Origin: Anaerolineae bacterium
GTDB lineage: Bacteria > Chloroflexota > Anaerolineae > UBA1429
Assembly (NCBI GenBank): GCA_963675785.1
Contig: OY776562.1
Location: forward strand, 96,001-160,000
Direction: 5' to 3'
DNA: 64,000 nucleotides
A program made the translations under genes and the position numbers. The first letter of the stretch is position 1; each line of letters starts with the position of its first letter. This document shows positions 1-9,629 of this stretch, piece by piece. The notes beneath the pieces were generated by a model. It was not told the origin of the DNA. It saw only the letters and a program-made list of their open reading frames with translations, and did no database searches.

Positions 1-2
1 CC

Positions 3-251
3 GATATGGTTTACCCAGTGGATTACGGCTACCTGCAGGGTACTACCTCTATGGATGGTGGTGGCATTGATATCTGGAGGGGTTCGGATACTCGAGGGCA
101 AATTGATGCCATCATCTGCATTATAGATCTGCTCAAACGAGATTCAGAGATCAAAATATTGATGGGTTGTACGGACGATGAAAAGCGCGTGATTTATCGT
201 TTTCACAACGAGTCCGAGCATATGAAGGGCATTTTGATCAATAGACATTAG
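3..251 (+). CDS. Inorganic pyrophosphatase-like protein (5' partial)
   Basis: YPVDYGYL...DGGGIDIW matches the short family I PPase-like motif; the frame is open to the window start. Confidence 0.7.
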   Translation, partial: DMVYPVDYGYLQGTTSMDGGGIDIWRGSDTRGQIDAIICIIDLLKRDSEIKILMGCTDDEKRVIYRFHNESEHMKGILINRH

Positions 252-279
252 CTCTCAAGCATGAGAGGGGCTATCTTTT

Positions 280-762
280 ATGGAGATCGAGCTGATCAAG
301 GCAAGCTTGGAAGATGCGCCGCAGCTGCATGCTATGCAGGTGCAGGCCTTTATGCCGCTCTTGGAGCGTTACCAGGATTTCGACACCAGCCCGGCCAACG
401 AGTCCCTCGAAAAAGTGGTGGCGCGTATTGCTCAGCCCACTACAGACTATTACCTCATTCATACCGATGGGCAACCTGTGGGGGGTATCCGCGTCGTGAG
501 GCGAGGAGAGGGGCATTATCGCGTCAGCCCGGTCTTTGTTCTGCCAGCCTACCAGGGCCAGGGCATTGCCCAAAGGGTGTTCGGCATGGTTGAGGCCATG
601 TACGCTGATGCTGTGTTATGGGAGCTAGATACTATTCTGCAAGAAGCAGGCAACTGCTATCTGTACGAAAAGCTGGGCTATCGCCAGATGGGCGAGACGC
701 ATATAGTCAATCCTCAAATGACCATCGTCTTTTACGAAAAGCCAGTTACGGCGGCAGAGTGA
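280..762 (+). CDS. GNAT family N-acetyltransferase
   Basis: Acetyl-CoA motif FVLPAYQGQGIA and LYEKLGY; GAGGGG SD upstream. Confidence 0.85.
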   Translation: MEIELIKASLEDAPQLHAMQVQAFMPLLERYQDFDTSPANESLEKVVARIAQPTTDYYLIHTDGQPVGGIRVVRRGEGHYRVSPVFVLPAYQGQGIAQRVFGMVEAMYADAVLWELDTILQEAGNCYLYEKLGYRQMGETHIVNPQMTIVFYEKPVTAAE

Positions 763-775
763 AGGAGATACTGAG

Positions 776-1459
776 ATGGGTTACTCGCTGAGCTTGGAGA
801 ATATATCTCTTGCCAACTACAAAGAGCTACTCAGGGCTAAATATCTGACGCCGGGGCGGCAGATTCTGCACGAGGACATGGACGTTCACTTTGAGGCCTT
901 GACTAACGCCGGCATGGATAATCTGGCAGAGCTCGAGCGAGCAATCTTGACGAGCAAAAAGCTCAAAGCGTTTGCGATCGAGTGTGGCTTGTCCGTTGAA
1001 TATCTGACGATCCTACGGCGCGAGATTGGCAGTCTGGTGCCCAAGGCGGTTGCGCTCGAAGCGCTGTTGCCTGATGATTTGGAAGAACGAACCAAACTGG
1101 CCGAGGCGGGGATCAAAACCTCCGAGGACTATTACACGTTTTACTGCTCCGCAGGCAACGCCAGCCAAGTTGCGCAGAGGCTCGGCATTGGTGAGATGCG
1201 TGTTGATTACCTGTTCAGTCTCTGTGATTTAGTACGTATCAACGGCGTTGGGCCTCAGGCAGCCAGAGCCCTTTACGAGGCGGATTATCATTTGGCGGCG
1301 GATGTGGCGCAGGCTTCCGCCGAAGAAATGTTAGCGCGCGTATCCACCGCCAATGATGCTGGGCAGTATTACAAAGCCAAGCTAGGCCTGAAGGATATGC
1401 AGTTCTGCATCGACCATGCCCGATTGCTGCATTCACAGGACGACGAGCTCTGTGATTAA
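776..1459 (+). CDS. DUF4332-like helix-hairpin-helix protein
   Basis: DLVRINGVGPQAARAL HhH-like motif; AAGGAG SD. Confidence 0.65.
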   Translation: MGYSLSLENISLANYKELLRAKYLTPGRQILHEDMDVHFEALTNAGMDNLAELERAILTSKKLKAFAIECGLSVEYLTILRREIGSLVPKAVALEALLPDDLEERTKLAEAGIKTSEDYYTFYCSAGNASQVAQRLGIGEMRVDYLFSLCDLVRINGVGPQAARALYEADYHLAADVAQASAEEMLARVSTANDAGQYYKAKLGLKDMQFCIDHARLLHSQDDELCD

Positions 1460-1607
1460 TGCTTTGTATGTGCCCCTTTGGCGAGTCGTAAGAATCACCC
1501 ACTTGAAGCTGTCTGATACTCTGTAACCAAGACATAAAAGGAATAGAAATCGAGGGTTTTGGCATTGCGTCACTACAGCAAAAGCCCTCAATTGGAGCAG
1601 AGTTATC

Positions 1608-2309
1608 ATGAAACTGGTAGATTTCAAGGGACTGTTCAAAAAATCAACGGCGACCGTGTTATCAGTCGAGAACCCTTTTGGCGATTATTACACAGTAAAG
1701 CTAAAGGCAGAATCTGGTATGACCTGGCGACCCGGAGAGCACGGCATTTTTACTTTGCCTGATAGTGAAGTGAAGGGCAAAAAGTGGCGAGTCTTCAGTG
1801 TGGCTTCTATTCCCCAAGAGGGCCATCTTTTGATTGGCACACGCACCGGGGCCCAGGTCAGTAGTTTCAAAGAGCATTTGCTTCACATGGAAGCGGGCGG
1901 TCGAGTCAATCTGGTAGGGCCTTTTGGCTGGTTTACCTTGCAGGACGATACTTCTCCGTTGGTGATGATAGCTACTGGCGTGGGCATCACGCCCGCACGC
2001 GCCCTGCTCAAAGCCCTGGAGAAGGTGGAAACGCGTCCTGTCGAGCTAATTTATGCTTCTAATGATTACCATCTATTTGGACCAGAGTTGGTTGAGATGG
2101 CTGATGTCAATTCCCTGATGACCTTGCATCTGTGCGAGCATCGGGAAGATGCGATTCATTTGGTTGAGGCAGCCGCAGCGCGCTATGGAAATCAGGCTTA
2201 TTACTATGTTTCTGGCAAGCCTGATGTGGTGAGCTCTTTCAGAAAGGTGCTTCAAGCCAAATCCATCAAGGGCCGCCGGATTATTCGAGATTGGTTTTTG
2301 GGATACTAG
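1608..2309 (+). CDS. FAD-dependent oxidoreductase (ferredoxin-NADP+ reductase-like)
   Basis: RVFSVAS FAD motif, GPFG, ATGVGITP NAD(P) motif, YYVSG. Confidence 0.85.
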   Translation: MKLVDFKGLFKKSTATVLSVENPFGDYYTVKLKAESGMTWRPGEHGIFTLPDSEVKGKKWRVFSVASIPQEGHLLIGTRTGAQVSSFKEHLLHMEAGGRVNLVGPFGWFTLQDDTSPLVMIATGVGITPARALLKALEKVETRPVELIYASNDYHLFGPELVEMADVNSLMTLHLCEHREDAIHLVEAAAARYGNQAYYYVSGKPDVVSSFRKVLQAKSIKGRRIIRDWFLGY

Positions 2310-2334
2310 ATACCCCCCAAGTAGGTGAGAGCTA

Positions 2335-2874
2335 GTGGATTCTGTCATTTTGTATCGTCAGCTAATTGATCCTCAGGAATGCAAGGGACTTTTGGCAACA
2401 TTTGAGCGCTATCAGGAGACGAACAAAGTTCTCCGCCGCCAGGGAGAACAGTACATTTATCAAGAGGATCATTTCATCGATGATTGGGACGCAGACAAAA
2501 AGGCTGACGTAGAGAGAAAACTGACTGCCTTTATGGGTAAGGGTGGTGCGGTTGCGGCTGCTTTTGATGGCAAAAGGCTGGCGGGCTTTGCCAATATCGA
2601 TGGCAACCTGTTCGGCTCTGGGAATCAGTACTTGGAGCTGATCTATATGCACGTCTCCCGGTTGTATCGCCATGGCGGCATTGGCCGCAGGCTCTTTGAA
2701 ATGTGCTGTGATTGTGCAAGGCAGCGAGGAGCGCAAAAGCTTTATATCTCGTCGCACCCTGCTATCGAGACACAGCAGTTTTATCAGGCAGTGGGCTGTG
2801 TTCTGGCAATCGAAGTGGATGAATCGATCTATGAACAAGAGCCTCTAGATATCCAGCTTGAATATGTTCTATAA
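2335..2874 (+). CDS. GNAT family N-acetyltransferase
   Basis: HVSRLYRHGGIGRRLF motif A; FYQAVGC. Confidence 0.85.
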   Translation: MDSVILYRQLIDPQECKGLLATFERYQETNKVLRRQGEQYIYQEDHFIDDWDADKKADVERKLTAFMGKGGAVAAAFDGKRLAGFANIDGNLFGSGNQYLELIYMHVSRLYRHGGIGRRLFEMCCDCARQRGAQKLYISSHPAIETQQFYQAVGCVLAIEVDESIYEQEPLDIQLEYVL

Positions 2875-2951
2875 GGGGATATGCCAGATTATACGATATC
2901 CATGATGCCTCTATGTATGCTAGAGAGCGCGCGTGCGATTATAGGCCAGAT

Positions 2952-2980
2952 TTGGCATTAGACGAGTGCGCGAGTATACT
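2952..2980 (+). promoter_or_regulatory. sigma70-type promoter of rpsO
   Basis: TTGGCA-17 bp-TATACT, 44 nt upstream of the rpsO ATG. Confidence 0.55.
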
Positions 2981-3024
2981 AGTTCTTGGAGTTGATACGG
3001 CATCAGGAAGGACAAATAGGAAAC

Positions 3025-3294
3025 ATGGCGCTGACCAAGCTGGAAAAAGCGTCGACTGTTGAAAAATACGGACGACACGAGACGGATACTGGTTCGCCAG
3101 AGGTCCAGATTGCGAATCTTACCGAGCGCATCAACCGACTGACGGAGCACCTCAAGGAGCACAAGCACGATGAGCATTCTCGTCGTGGCTTGCTAAAGCT
3201 TGTTGGCCAGCGTCGTCGGCATCTGAACTATCTGCAAAAGACTGATGAAACCAAGTATCGCGAGGTTCTACAGGCTCTAGGTCTTCGACGCTAG
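3025..3294 (+). CDS. rpsO: 30S ribosomal protein S15
   Basis: [16 protein letters not shown]...[20 protein letters not shown]; 89 aa from ATG 3025. Confidence 0.98.
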   Translation: MALTKLEKASTVEKYGRHETDTGSPEVQIANLTERINRLTEHLKEHKHDEHSRRGLLKLVGQRRRHLNYLQKTDETKYREVLQALGLRR

Positions 3295-3329
3295 CAAGTC
3301 TGACTTGTTGTTACACACAATTTGCTTTG

Positions 3330-3367
3330 GGGCGGGCAGGTGGTGGACTTTTACCATCTGCCCGTCT
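3330..3367 (+). terminator. Strong hairpin after rpsO (terminator or processing stem)
   Basis: GGGCGGGCAGGTGGTGG/TTACCATCTGCCCGTCT stem; the U-tract is weak. Confidence 0.5.
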
Positions 3368-3396
3368 ATATTGGTAGTAATGGAAAATAAGTAGAT

Positions 3397-3500
3397 GCAC
3401 GCCTTTCCGGGCGTTTTGCACAGGAATTGGGGCATGTGCCTGTCTCATGAGGGCCTATTCCCCAGCTCCTGACGAGATTCCCGGACATGGTATGGCGTGC
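3397..3500 (+). promoter_or_regulatory. Long imperfect hairpin in the pnp 5' leader (candidate RNase III site)
   Basis: Nested pairings GCACGCC/GGCGTGC, TCCGGG/CCCGGA, CAGGA/TCCTG, TTGGGG/CCCCAG ending just before the pnp SD. Confidence 0.55.
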
Positions 3501-3515
3501 GGGAAAGGAACAAAC

Positions 3516-5690
3516 ATGTTAAAAAAGTACAGTTGTAAATTCGGTACCGAGGAGCTAGTTTTTGAGACTGGCGAATTGGCCCCCCAGGCGGGTGGTGCTA
3601 TCTCGGTGCGCTTGGGCGATTCATTTGTTCTTGTTACGGCTACCGGCTCTACTCAGCCTCGTGAGGGAGTGGATTTCTTTCCTCTGACGGTTGATGTCGA
3701 TGAGCGGCGCTATGCCTATGGCAAGATCCCAGGTAGCTTTTTCAGGCGTGAAGGTAGGAATTCAACCGATGGCACGCTTCTTTGCCGCCTGGTAGACCGT
3801 CCTCTCCGCCCACTCTTTCCCCAAGGGTATCGCAACGAAGTTCAGATCGTTATTACCCCTCTTTCTGTGGATGAAGACCATGCTGTCGATATCATGGCTG
3901 TCAATGGCGCTTCTTGTGCTTTGATGATCTCTGATGTTCCTTTTGACGGGCCCATCGGCGCTGTGCGCATTGGCTACATTGATGGCGAGTACATCGTTAA
4001 TCCCACCGTTCCACAGATCGCACTGAGTGACTTGGACCTGCGTGTTGCTGGTACAAAAGAATCGGTCCTCATGATCGAGGCTGGGGCTAATGAATTCCCT
4101 GAGGACAAGATGGTTGAGGCAATTGCCCTCGGACATCGCTCTATTCAGGATGTCATCGCTCTTCAAGAGCAGATGGCTGCTGAGATCGGCAAGTCCAAGA
4201 TCGAGTATACACCGCACATCGTGGATGAAGATGTGCTGACCTCTGTTCGTGCAAAAGTGGAGGACGCTCTTCGTGAGGTCATCTACTCTGATCTCGACCG
4301 CGAGGCTCGTCAGGAACGTGAGAACCAGGTCAAGAAAGAGCTGTTCGACTCTCTCGATGAAAATATTGATACCAAGCAGGTTGCTGAGGCCTTTGACTCT
4401 ATCTTTAAATCGTTGATGCGCAACCGCATTTTGGATGATGGTTTCCGTGTCGATGGGCGTGCACCAGACGAGGTTCGTCCGCTCAGTGCCCAGGTGGGGC
4501 TGTTGCCTCGCACTCATGGCTCTGGCTTGTTCAACCGCGGGCTCACGCAAGTGCTCAACGTAACAACGCTGGGCTCCTCAAAGGAGGCACTCTCTGTTGA
4601 GGGCTTGAACGGCGATATGTCCAAGGTCTATTTCCATCACTATAACTTTCCGCCCTATTCAACGGGCGAGACTTATCCTATCCGTGGGCCACGACGCCGT
4701 TCGATTGGCCATGGCGCCCTCGCAGAGCGCGCGATAGAGCCGGTTCTGCCGAGCTTTGACGAGTTCCCCTATGTCATTCGCACGGTTTCAGAATGCTTGT
4801 CCTCCAACGGCTCAACCTCAATGGCTAGCACTTGTGCTTCAACACTCTCGTTGTTGGATGCAGGTGTACCGCTCAAGGCTCCTGTGGCGGGCATTGCCAT
4901 GGGCGTCATCACCGAGGGTGATCGCTATTGCGTTCTGACCGATATCCAAGGGCTTGAAGATCATCTCGGCGACATGGATTTCAAGGTGACTGGCACTGAG
5001 GCGGGCATCACGGCTATGCAGCTCGATTGCAAGATTTCGGGCTTGCTTCCAATTATCATTGAAGAGACACTCGCCGGAGCACGCAAGGCGCGCATGCAGA
5101 TTCTGGATGTCATCAATGCTTGCATTCCTGCGCCGCGTTCTGAGCTTTCTCCATATGCACCTCGTATCCAGATGGTCAAGATTCCTGTAGACAAGATTGG
5201 TGCTCTCATTGGGCCGGGTGGCAAAAACATCCGCAGCATCATTGAGGATACCGGTGTGACCATTGATGTGGATGAGGACGGTACTGTTCGCGTAGGCTCA
5301 ACAGATGGCCCCAGTGCCATAGAGGCTATTCGACGAATTGAGGGGCTCACCGCAGTCCCAGAATTGGGGCGCGTCTATACTGGCAAAGTTACACGTATTC
5401 AGCCATTTGGCGCTTTTGTGCAGATTATGCCTGGCCAAGAAGGTCTGGTACATATCTCACAATTGGCTGATTATCGCGTAAACAGCGTCGAAGACGTTGT
5501 GCAAGAGGGCGATGAGATCATGGTTATGGTTACTGGCGTCGATTCGGGCGGTAAGATCAGGCTCTCGCGCCAGGCTGTGTTGGCGGGTTGGACTTTGGAA
5601 GAGGCCCAGTCTCACGATCGTCCGCCTAGTGGTGGTTCGCGTGGTGGCGGGCGTAGTCGAGATGGTGGCGACCGTCGGCGTCGCGACTAG
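3516..5690 (+). CDS. pnp: Polyribonucleotide nucleotidyltransferase (PNPase)
   Basis: FFRREGR, two RNase PH domains, [17 protein letters not shown] (IGPGGKNIR) and S1; ATG 3516 follows an AAGGAA SD. Confidence 0.98.
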   Translation: MLKKYSCKFGTEELVFETGELAPQAGGAISVRLGDSFVLVTATGSTQPREGVDFFPLTVDVDERRYAYGKIPGSFFRREGRNSTDGTLLCRLVDRPLRPLFPQGYRNEVQIVITPLSVDEDHAVDIMAVNGASCALMISDVPFDGPIGAVRIGYIDGEYIVNPTVPQIALSDLDLRVAGTKESVLMIEAGANEFPEDKMVEAIALGHRSIQDVIALQEQMAAEIGKSKIEYTPHIVDEDVLTSVRAKVEDALREVIYSDLDREARQERENQVKKELFDSLDENIDTKQVAEAFDSIFKSLMRNRILDDGFRVDGRAPDEVRPLSAQVGLLPRTHGSGLFNRGLTQVLNVTTLGSSKEALSVEGLNGDMSKVYFHHYNFPPYSTGETYPIRGPRRRSIGHGALAERAIEPVLPSFDEFPYVIRTVSECLSSNGSTSMASTCASTLSLLDAGVPLKAPVAGIAMGVITEGDRYCVLTDIQGLEDHLGDMDFKVTGTEAGITAMQLDCKISGLLPIIIEETLAGARKARMQILDVINACIPAPRSELSPYAPRIQMVKIPVDKIGALIGPGGKNIRSIIEDTGVTIDVDEDGTVRVGSTDGPSAIEAIRRIEGLTAVPELGRVYTGKVTRIQPFGAFVQIMPGQEGLVHISQLADYRVNSVEDVVQEGDEIMVMVTGVDSGGKIRLSRQAVLAGWTLEEAQSHDRPPSGGSRGGGRSRDGGDRRRRD

Positions 5691-5712
5691 ATAGATATCA
5701 GTTAAGGGGAAT

Positions 5713-5737
5713 CCAGACGGGGCTTTGCCCCGTCTGG
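5713..5737 (+). terminator. Perfect 11-bp hairpin between pnp and lepB
   Basis: CCAGACGGGGC-TTT-GCCCCGTCTGG; the U-tract is poor. Confidence 0.45.
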
Positions 5738-5744
5738 CTGTTAT

Positions 5745-6281
5745 ATGGGCATTCAAGAGCAACCTAAAATAACTCAGATTGGGTGGGCAGGCGAGCTTTT
5801 TCGAACGGTTGTGCCAGCTCTGGTCGTTGTGGTTTTACTCAATCTTTTTGTGGCGCAAGCTACCCGTGTCGATGGGCATAGTATGGACCCCACGCTCATG
5901 GACGGCGAGCGAATCATTATCGAAAAGGTCACCCTGGCTTTTTCTCTCCCCGCTCGTGGAGATATTGTTGTTCTATCGCGCCCCGAGACACCGGACGAGC
6001 CCCCTCTGATCAAGCGTGTCATCGGTTTGCCTGGAGAGACTGTTGAAATCCGCGATGGCAGCGTGTGGATTGATGGTGAGATGCTTGCGGAGGATTATTT
6101 GGATCAATCCACAGCAGGAACTATACCGTCCTTGCTTGTTCCCGAAGGTCATATTTTTGTACTAGGTGACAATCGCGGCCACAGTAACGATTCTCGCAGT
6201 TTTGGTGTAGTTTCTGTTGAGAATATCATTGGGCAGGCTTGGCTTGCTTATTGGCCACTCTCGGCCTGGCGCATTTTCTGA
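5745..6281 (+). CDS. lepB: Signal peptidase I
   Basis: N-terminal TM helix, GHSMDPTL (catalytic Ser), IKRVIGLPGE (Lys), GDNRGHSNDSR. Confidence 0.95.
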   Translation: MGIQEQPKITQIGWAGELFRTVVPALVVVVLLNLFVAQATRVDGHSMDPTLMDGERIIIEKVTLAFSLPARGDIVVLSRPETPDEPPLIKRVIGLPGETVEIRDGSVWIDGEMLAEDYLDQSTAGTIPSLLVPEGHIFVLGDNRGHSNDSRSFGVVSVENIIGQAWLAYWPLSAWRIF

Positions 6282-6367
6282 AATATCACTTTGTGCACTT
6301 TGCACTATTCATAAAACGACCTGTTTCGTTATGTGGTTTGAAATGGGTGTGCATAGTGCCCTGATGC

Positions 6368-6397
6368 TTGACCGAATGGCCCTAGTTATGCTATCAT
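6368..6397 (+). promoter_or_regulatory. Candidate sigma70 promoter upstream of the opp operon
   Basis: TTGACC-18 bp-TATCAT with extended TG; a second candidate TTGACG-16-TAAAAT lies at 6598-6625. Confidence 0.4.
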
Positions 6398-6831
6398 TTA
6401 TCTCAAGTTTGGATTATCATTTCTAGTGCGGTTTATTGACATCTACCGCCTCGTCCCTGATAGCTACGGTTGCCGTTCATGATCAGAAGAGAACATAAGG
6501 GTTTCGCTCGAAACTAAAATGGCGACTATGCCCCTCTATTATTATAAAATCTATGCAAGCAATGTTGCACGAGAATCCGCTTTATACATCAAGTGATTTG
6601 ACGTAGATTTTACTCTGTTTAAAATTGGTTCAATTAGTGGCTGGACCGGGGCGTTCTGTTTGGAACGTTTCCCGTTATACCGGTAAGTTCGAGCACAATG
6701 GCGTGACTGGAACTGTCATGAGGTAGGCGACAAAATCCGAAGGGAGGTGGGGTTCCCACCGTTTGTGACTTACTGAATGACAGAAAGAACAAGCATTGTT
6801 TTTCTACGACAACTTTACCTGAGGAGGAAAG

Positions 6832-8505
6832 ATGTTGCGTAACAAAAAGCTTTATGCACTGATTGCCGTCGTTATGGCTGTAACGACAGTGCTCACTGCG
6901 TGTTCCCCCAAGAGTGCCACAGTTGGCGACGACCCGGCTCTCGAAGTCTATTTGAACTATAATATTAGCACAGAGCCCCCGACGATTGACCCGAACTTGG
7001 CTACTGACACCACGTCGAACATGGTCATCCAGCAGCTTTTCTTGGGGCTCACGGATTATGACGACACGACTTTGGACGTCATCCCCGAACTCGCCACAGA
7101 ATGGTCAGTTTCGGACGACGGCCTAGTCTGGACGTTCACCATGCGTGACGACATTTACTGGGTGCATTACGACCCCGAGACCAAAGAAGTCGAGAAGAAG
7201 GACTCTGTTACTGCTAATGACATCGTCTATAGCGTACAGCGTACTTTGAACCCCGAGACGGCTTCGGACTATGCCTATGTTGACTATATCATCGCTAATG
7301 CCCTTGAAGTCAACACTGCTGAGAGCACTGATCTTTCCAGCATTGGTGTGCGTGCAGTCGACGATTACACCGTCGAATTCACCCTCACCCAGCCAGCTGG
7401 TTACTTCCCTGGCATCGCTGGTATGTGGGTCAACCGCCCGCTGCCCCAGACCGTCATTGAAGAGTTCGGTGATGAGTGGACTGAGCCTGGTAATATTTGG
7501 ACCAACGGCCCGTACCTCTTGGACACTTGGGAGCATCAGAACAAGATTATCCTGGTCAAGAACCCGTTCTACTATGATGCTGACAACGTTCAGATCGGCA
7601 CTGTGAACTTGTATATGGTTGTTGAAGAGTCCACAGCGTTCTCTATGTACGAGAATGGTGAGTTGGATGTTGCTAGCCCGCCGCTTGATGACATGGATCG
7701 CGTTAAGGCTGATCCGACCCTTTCGGCCGAGCTTTACACTGCTCCTTCGCTCTGTACTTATTACTATGGCTTTAACACCGAAAAAGCTCCGTTTGATAAT
7801 GTTCTGGTCCGCCAGGCATTCTCTTACGCCATTGACCGCCAGAAGCTGATCGACACTGTCACCAAGGGTGGCCAGGTGCCTGCCAAGAGCTTTGCTTGCC
7901 TCGGTATCTTTGGCTCACCGTCGACAGACGATAGCTACGAGGGTGTCTACTATGATCCCGAAAAGGCTCAGGCTCTGTTGGCCGAAGCCGGTTACCCCAA
8001 TGGCGAAGGTCTGCCCGAGATCACGTTGATGTACAACACCAGTGAAGGTCACCAGAAGATTGCTGAATTCGTCCAGCAATGCTGGAAGGATGTCCTTAAC
8101 GTCGAAGTTACCTTGGCTAACCAGGAATGGGCCGTCTTCCTTGACACCGTTAACGAAGATGCCCCGCAGATCTATCGTTCCGGTTGGTGTGCGGACTATC
8201 CTGATGAGAACAACTGGGTTACTGAAGTATTCCATCCCGAGATTGGTTCTAACGATACCAATTGGTCGGTGGATGATCCTCTTGCCCAGGAGTTCATGCA
8301 GGTTACTGAGGATGCCGCTGCGGCTTCAGATCCTGACGAGCGCGTCGACCTTTACTATCGCGCTGAGGAAATCCTCTGCGTCGATGCTGCTATCATCGCG
8401 CCAGTCTACTACTACACCACGGTTGTTTGCACCAAGCCGTATGTTGAGCGCACCTACTCTCCTTTGGGTGGTGAGCATTTCAACACATGGACCGTCAACC
8501 GCTAG
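6832..8505 (+). CDS. oppA: Oligopeptide ABC transporter substrate-binding lipoprotein
   Basis: Lipobox LTAC; family 5 SBP motifs (EPPTIDP, PELATEWSVSDDGLVWTF, NGPY, GWCADYPD); GAGGAGG SD. Confidence 0.93.
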   Translation: MLRNKKLYALIAVVMAVTTVLTACSPKSATVGDDPALEVYLNYNISTEPPTIDPNLATDTTSNMVIQQLFLGLTDYDDTTLDVIPELATEWSVSDDGLVWTFTMRDDIYWVHYDPETKEVEKKDSVTANDIVYSVQRTLNPETASDYAYVDYIIANALEVNTAESTDLSSIGVRAVDDYTVEFTLTQPAGYFPGIAGMWVNRPLPQTVIEEFGDEWTEPGNIWTNGPYLLDTWEHQNKIILVKNPFYYDADNVQIGTVNLYMVVEESTAFSMYENGELDVASPPLDDMDRVKADPTLSAELYTAPSLCTYYYGFNTEKAPFDNVLVRQAFSYAIDRQKLIDTVTKGGQVPAKSFACLGIFGSPSTDDSYEGVYYDPEKAQALLAEAGYPNGEGLPEITLMYNTSEGHQKIAEFVQQCWKDVLNVEVTLANQEWAVFLDTVNEDAPQIYRSGWCADYPDENNWVTEVFHPEIGSNDTNWSVDDPLAQEFMQVTEDAAAASDPDERVDLYYRAEEILCVDAAIIAPVYYYTTVVCTKPYVERTYSPLGGEHFNTWTVNR

Positions 8506-8523
8506 GGTAGTATCGTAATCGAA

Positions 8524-8560
8524 GACAGCCACATGGCCCGTGGGTCGTGTGGCTGTTTTT
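8524..8560 (+). terminator. Rho-independent terminator after oppA
   Basis: GACAGCCACATGGCCC/GGGTCGTGTGGCTGTT followed by a T-run. Confidence 0.7.
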
Positions 8561-8664
8561 ATAGAGTTTCTCTGCCAGGCAGTCACTGTGCTATAATGCC
8601 CCTACGTTGAATCTCACTTGAGGCGAACGCACAAGTGCTTGCGGAGGGAGAATTAAGGTAAAAT

Positions 8665-9615
8665 ATGGGTCGATATATAATGCGTCGTGTCTTGGACATG
8701 ATCCCAGTGCTCCTCTTTATTTCCATCATTACTTTTGCACTGGTTCATGCTGTTCCCGGTGGTCCTTTTGACCGCGAAAAACCTCTGCCTGCAGAGATTC
8801 AGGCCAACCTCAACAAGTATTATGGGCTCGACCAACCCCTTTGGAAGCAATACACCGACTATATGGGCTTTACACGGAATCCGTCGGGTGAGTTTTCGGG
8901 CATCATCCAGGGTAATTTTGGCCCTTCCTACACTTCGCGTACTCGCGGAGTGAACGAGATTTTTGCTGACCACCTACCAATCTCTGCGCAGTTAGGTTTT
9001 TGGGCTCTTGTTGTAGCCCTGGGCATCGGTATTCCTCTGGGTGTACTTGCAGCTCTTAAGCAGAACACTTGGATTGACTATCTCTCAATGGGCATTTCAA
9101 TTTTTGGTGTCTCGGTACCGAGTGTAGTTTTGGGCCCTTTGTTCATCATGATTTTTGCACTTGGCCTAAAGTGGCTACCTGTGGCTGGTTGGGGTGAGAG
9201 CTGGACCCAAGTCATCATGCCTTCAGTCGTTCTGGGCCTTGGTAACTCTGCCTTAATTGCCCGATTGACACGTGCTAGCATGCTTCAAGTGATTCGCGAG
9301 GATTATATCCGCACTGCTCGCGCCAAGGGCTTGAGTGAGAAGATTGTTGTAGTACGTCACGCAATGAAAAATGCTTTTATCCCTGTGGCTACTATTCTCG
9401 GCCCCATGTTTGCGGCTTTGTTAACTGGCACCCTTGTCATTGAACAGATTTTTGCTATTCCGGGTATGGGCAAATACTTTATCACGAGTATTACGCAGCG
9501 TGATTACCCCGTTGTAATGGGTACTACGTTGCTTTATGCCATATTCCTGGTTATCGCTAACTTGTTTGTTGACATTACCTATGCTTTCTTGGATCCACGA
9601 ATTGAGTACAGCTAG
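8665..9615 (+). CDS. oppB: Oligopeptide ABC transporter permease
   Basis: PGGPF N-terminus, EAA loop DYIRTARAKGL, YAFLDPRI. Confidence 0.93.
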   Translation: MGRYIMRRVLDMIPVLLFISIITFALVHAVPGGPFDREKPLPAEIQANLNKYYGLDQPLWKQYTDYMGFTRNPSGEFSGIIQGNFGPSYTSRTRGVNEIFADHLPISAQLGFWALVVALGIGIPLGVLAALKQNTWIDYLSMGISIFGVSVPSVVLGPLFIMIFALGLKWLPVAGWGESWTQVIMPSVVLGLGNSALIARLTRASMLQVIREDYIRTARAKGLSEKIVVVRHAMKNAFIPVATILGPMFAALLTGTLVIEQIFAIPGMGKYFITSITQRDYPVVMGTTLLYAIFLVIANLFVDITYAFLDPRIEYS

Positions 9616-9629
9616 GGAGGCTGGAACAT

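Noticed and set aside
6519-6596. Tyr-rich mini-ORF MATMPLYYYKIYASNVARESALYIK upstream of oppA, resembling a second attenuator leader
   Set aside because: No properly spaced SD and no downstream terminator/antiterminator pair; TATTATTATAAAAT is more simply AT-rich promoter DNA.
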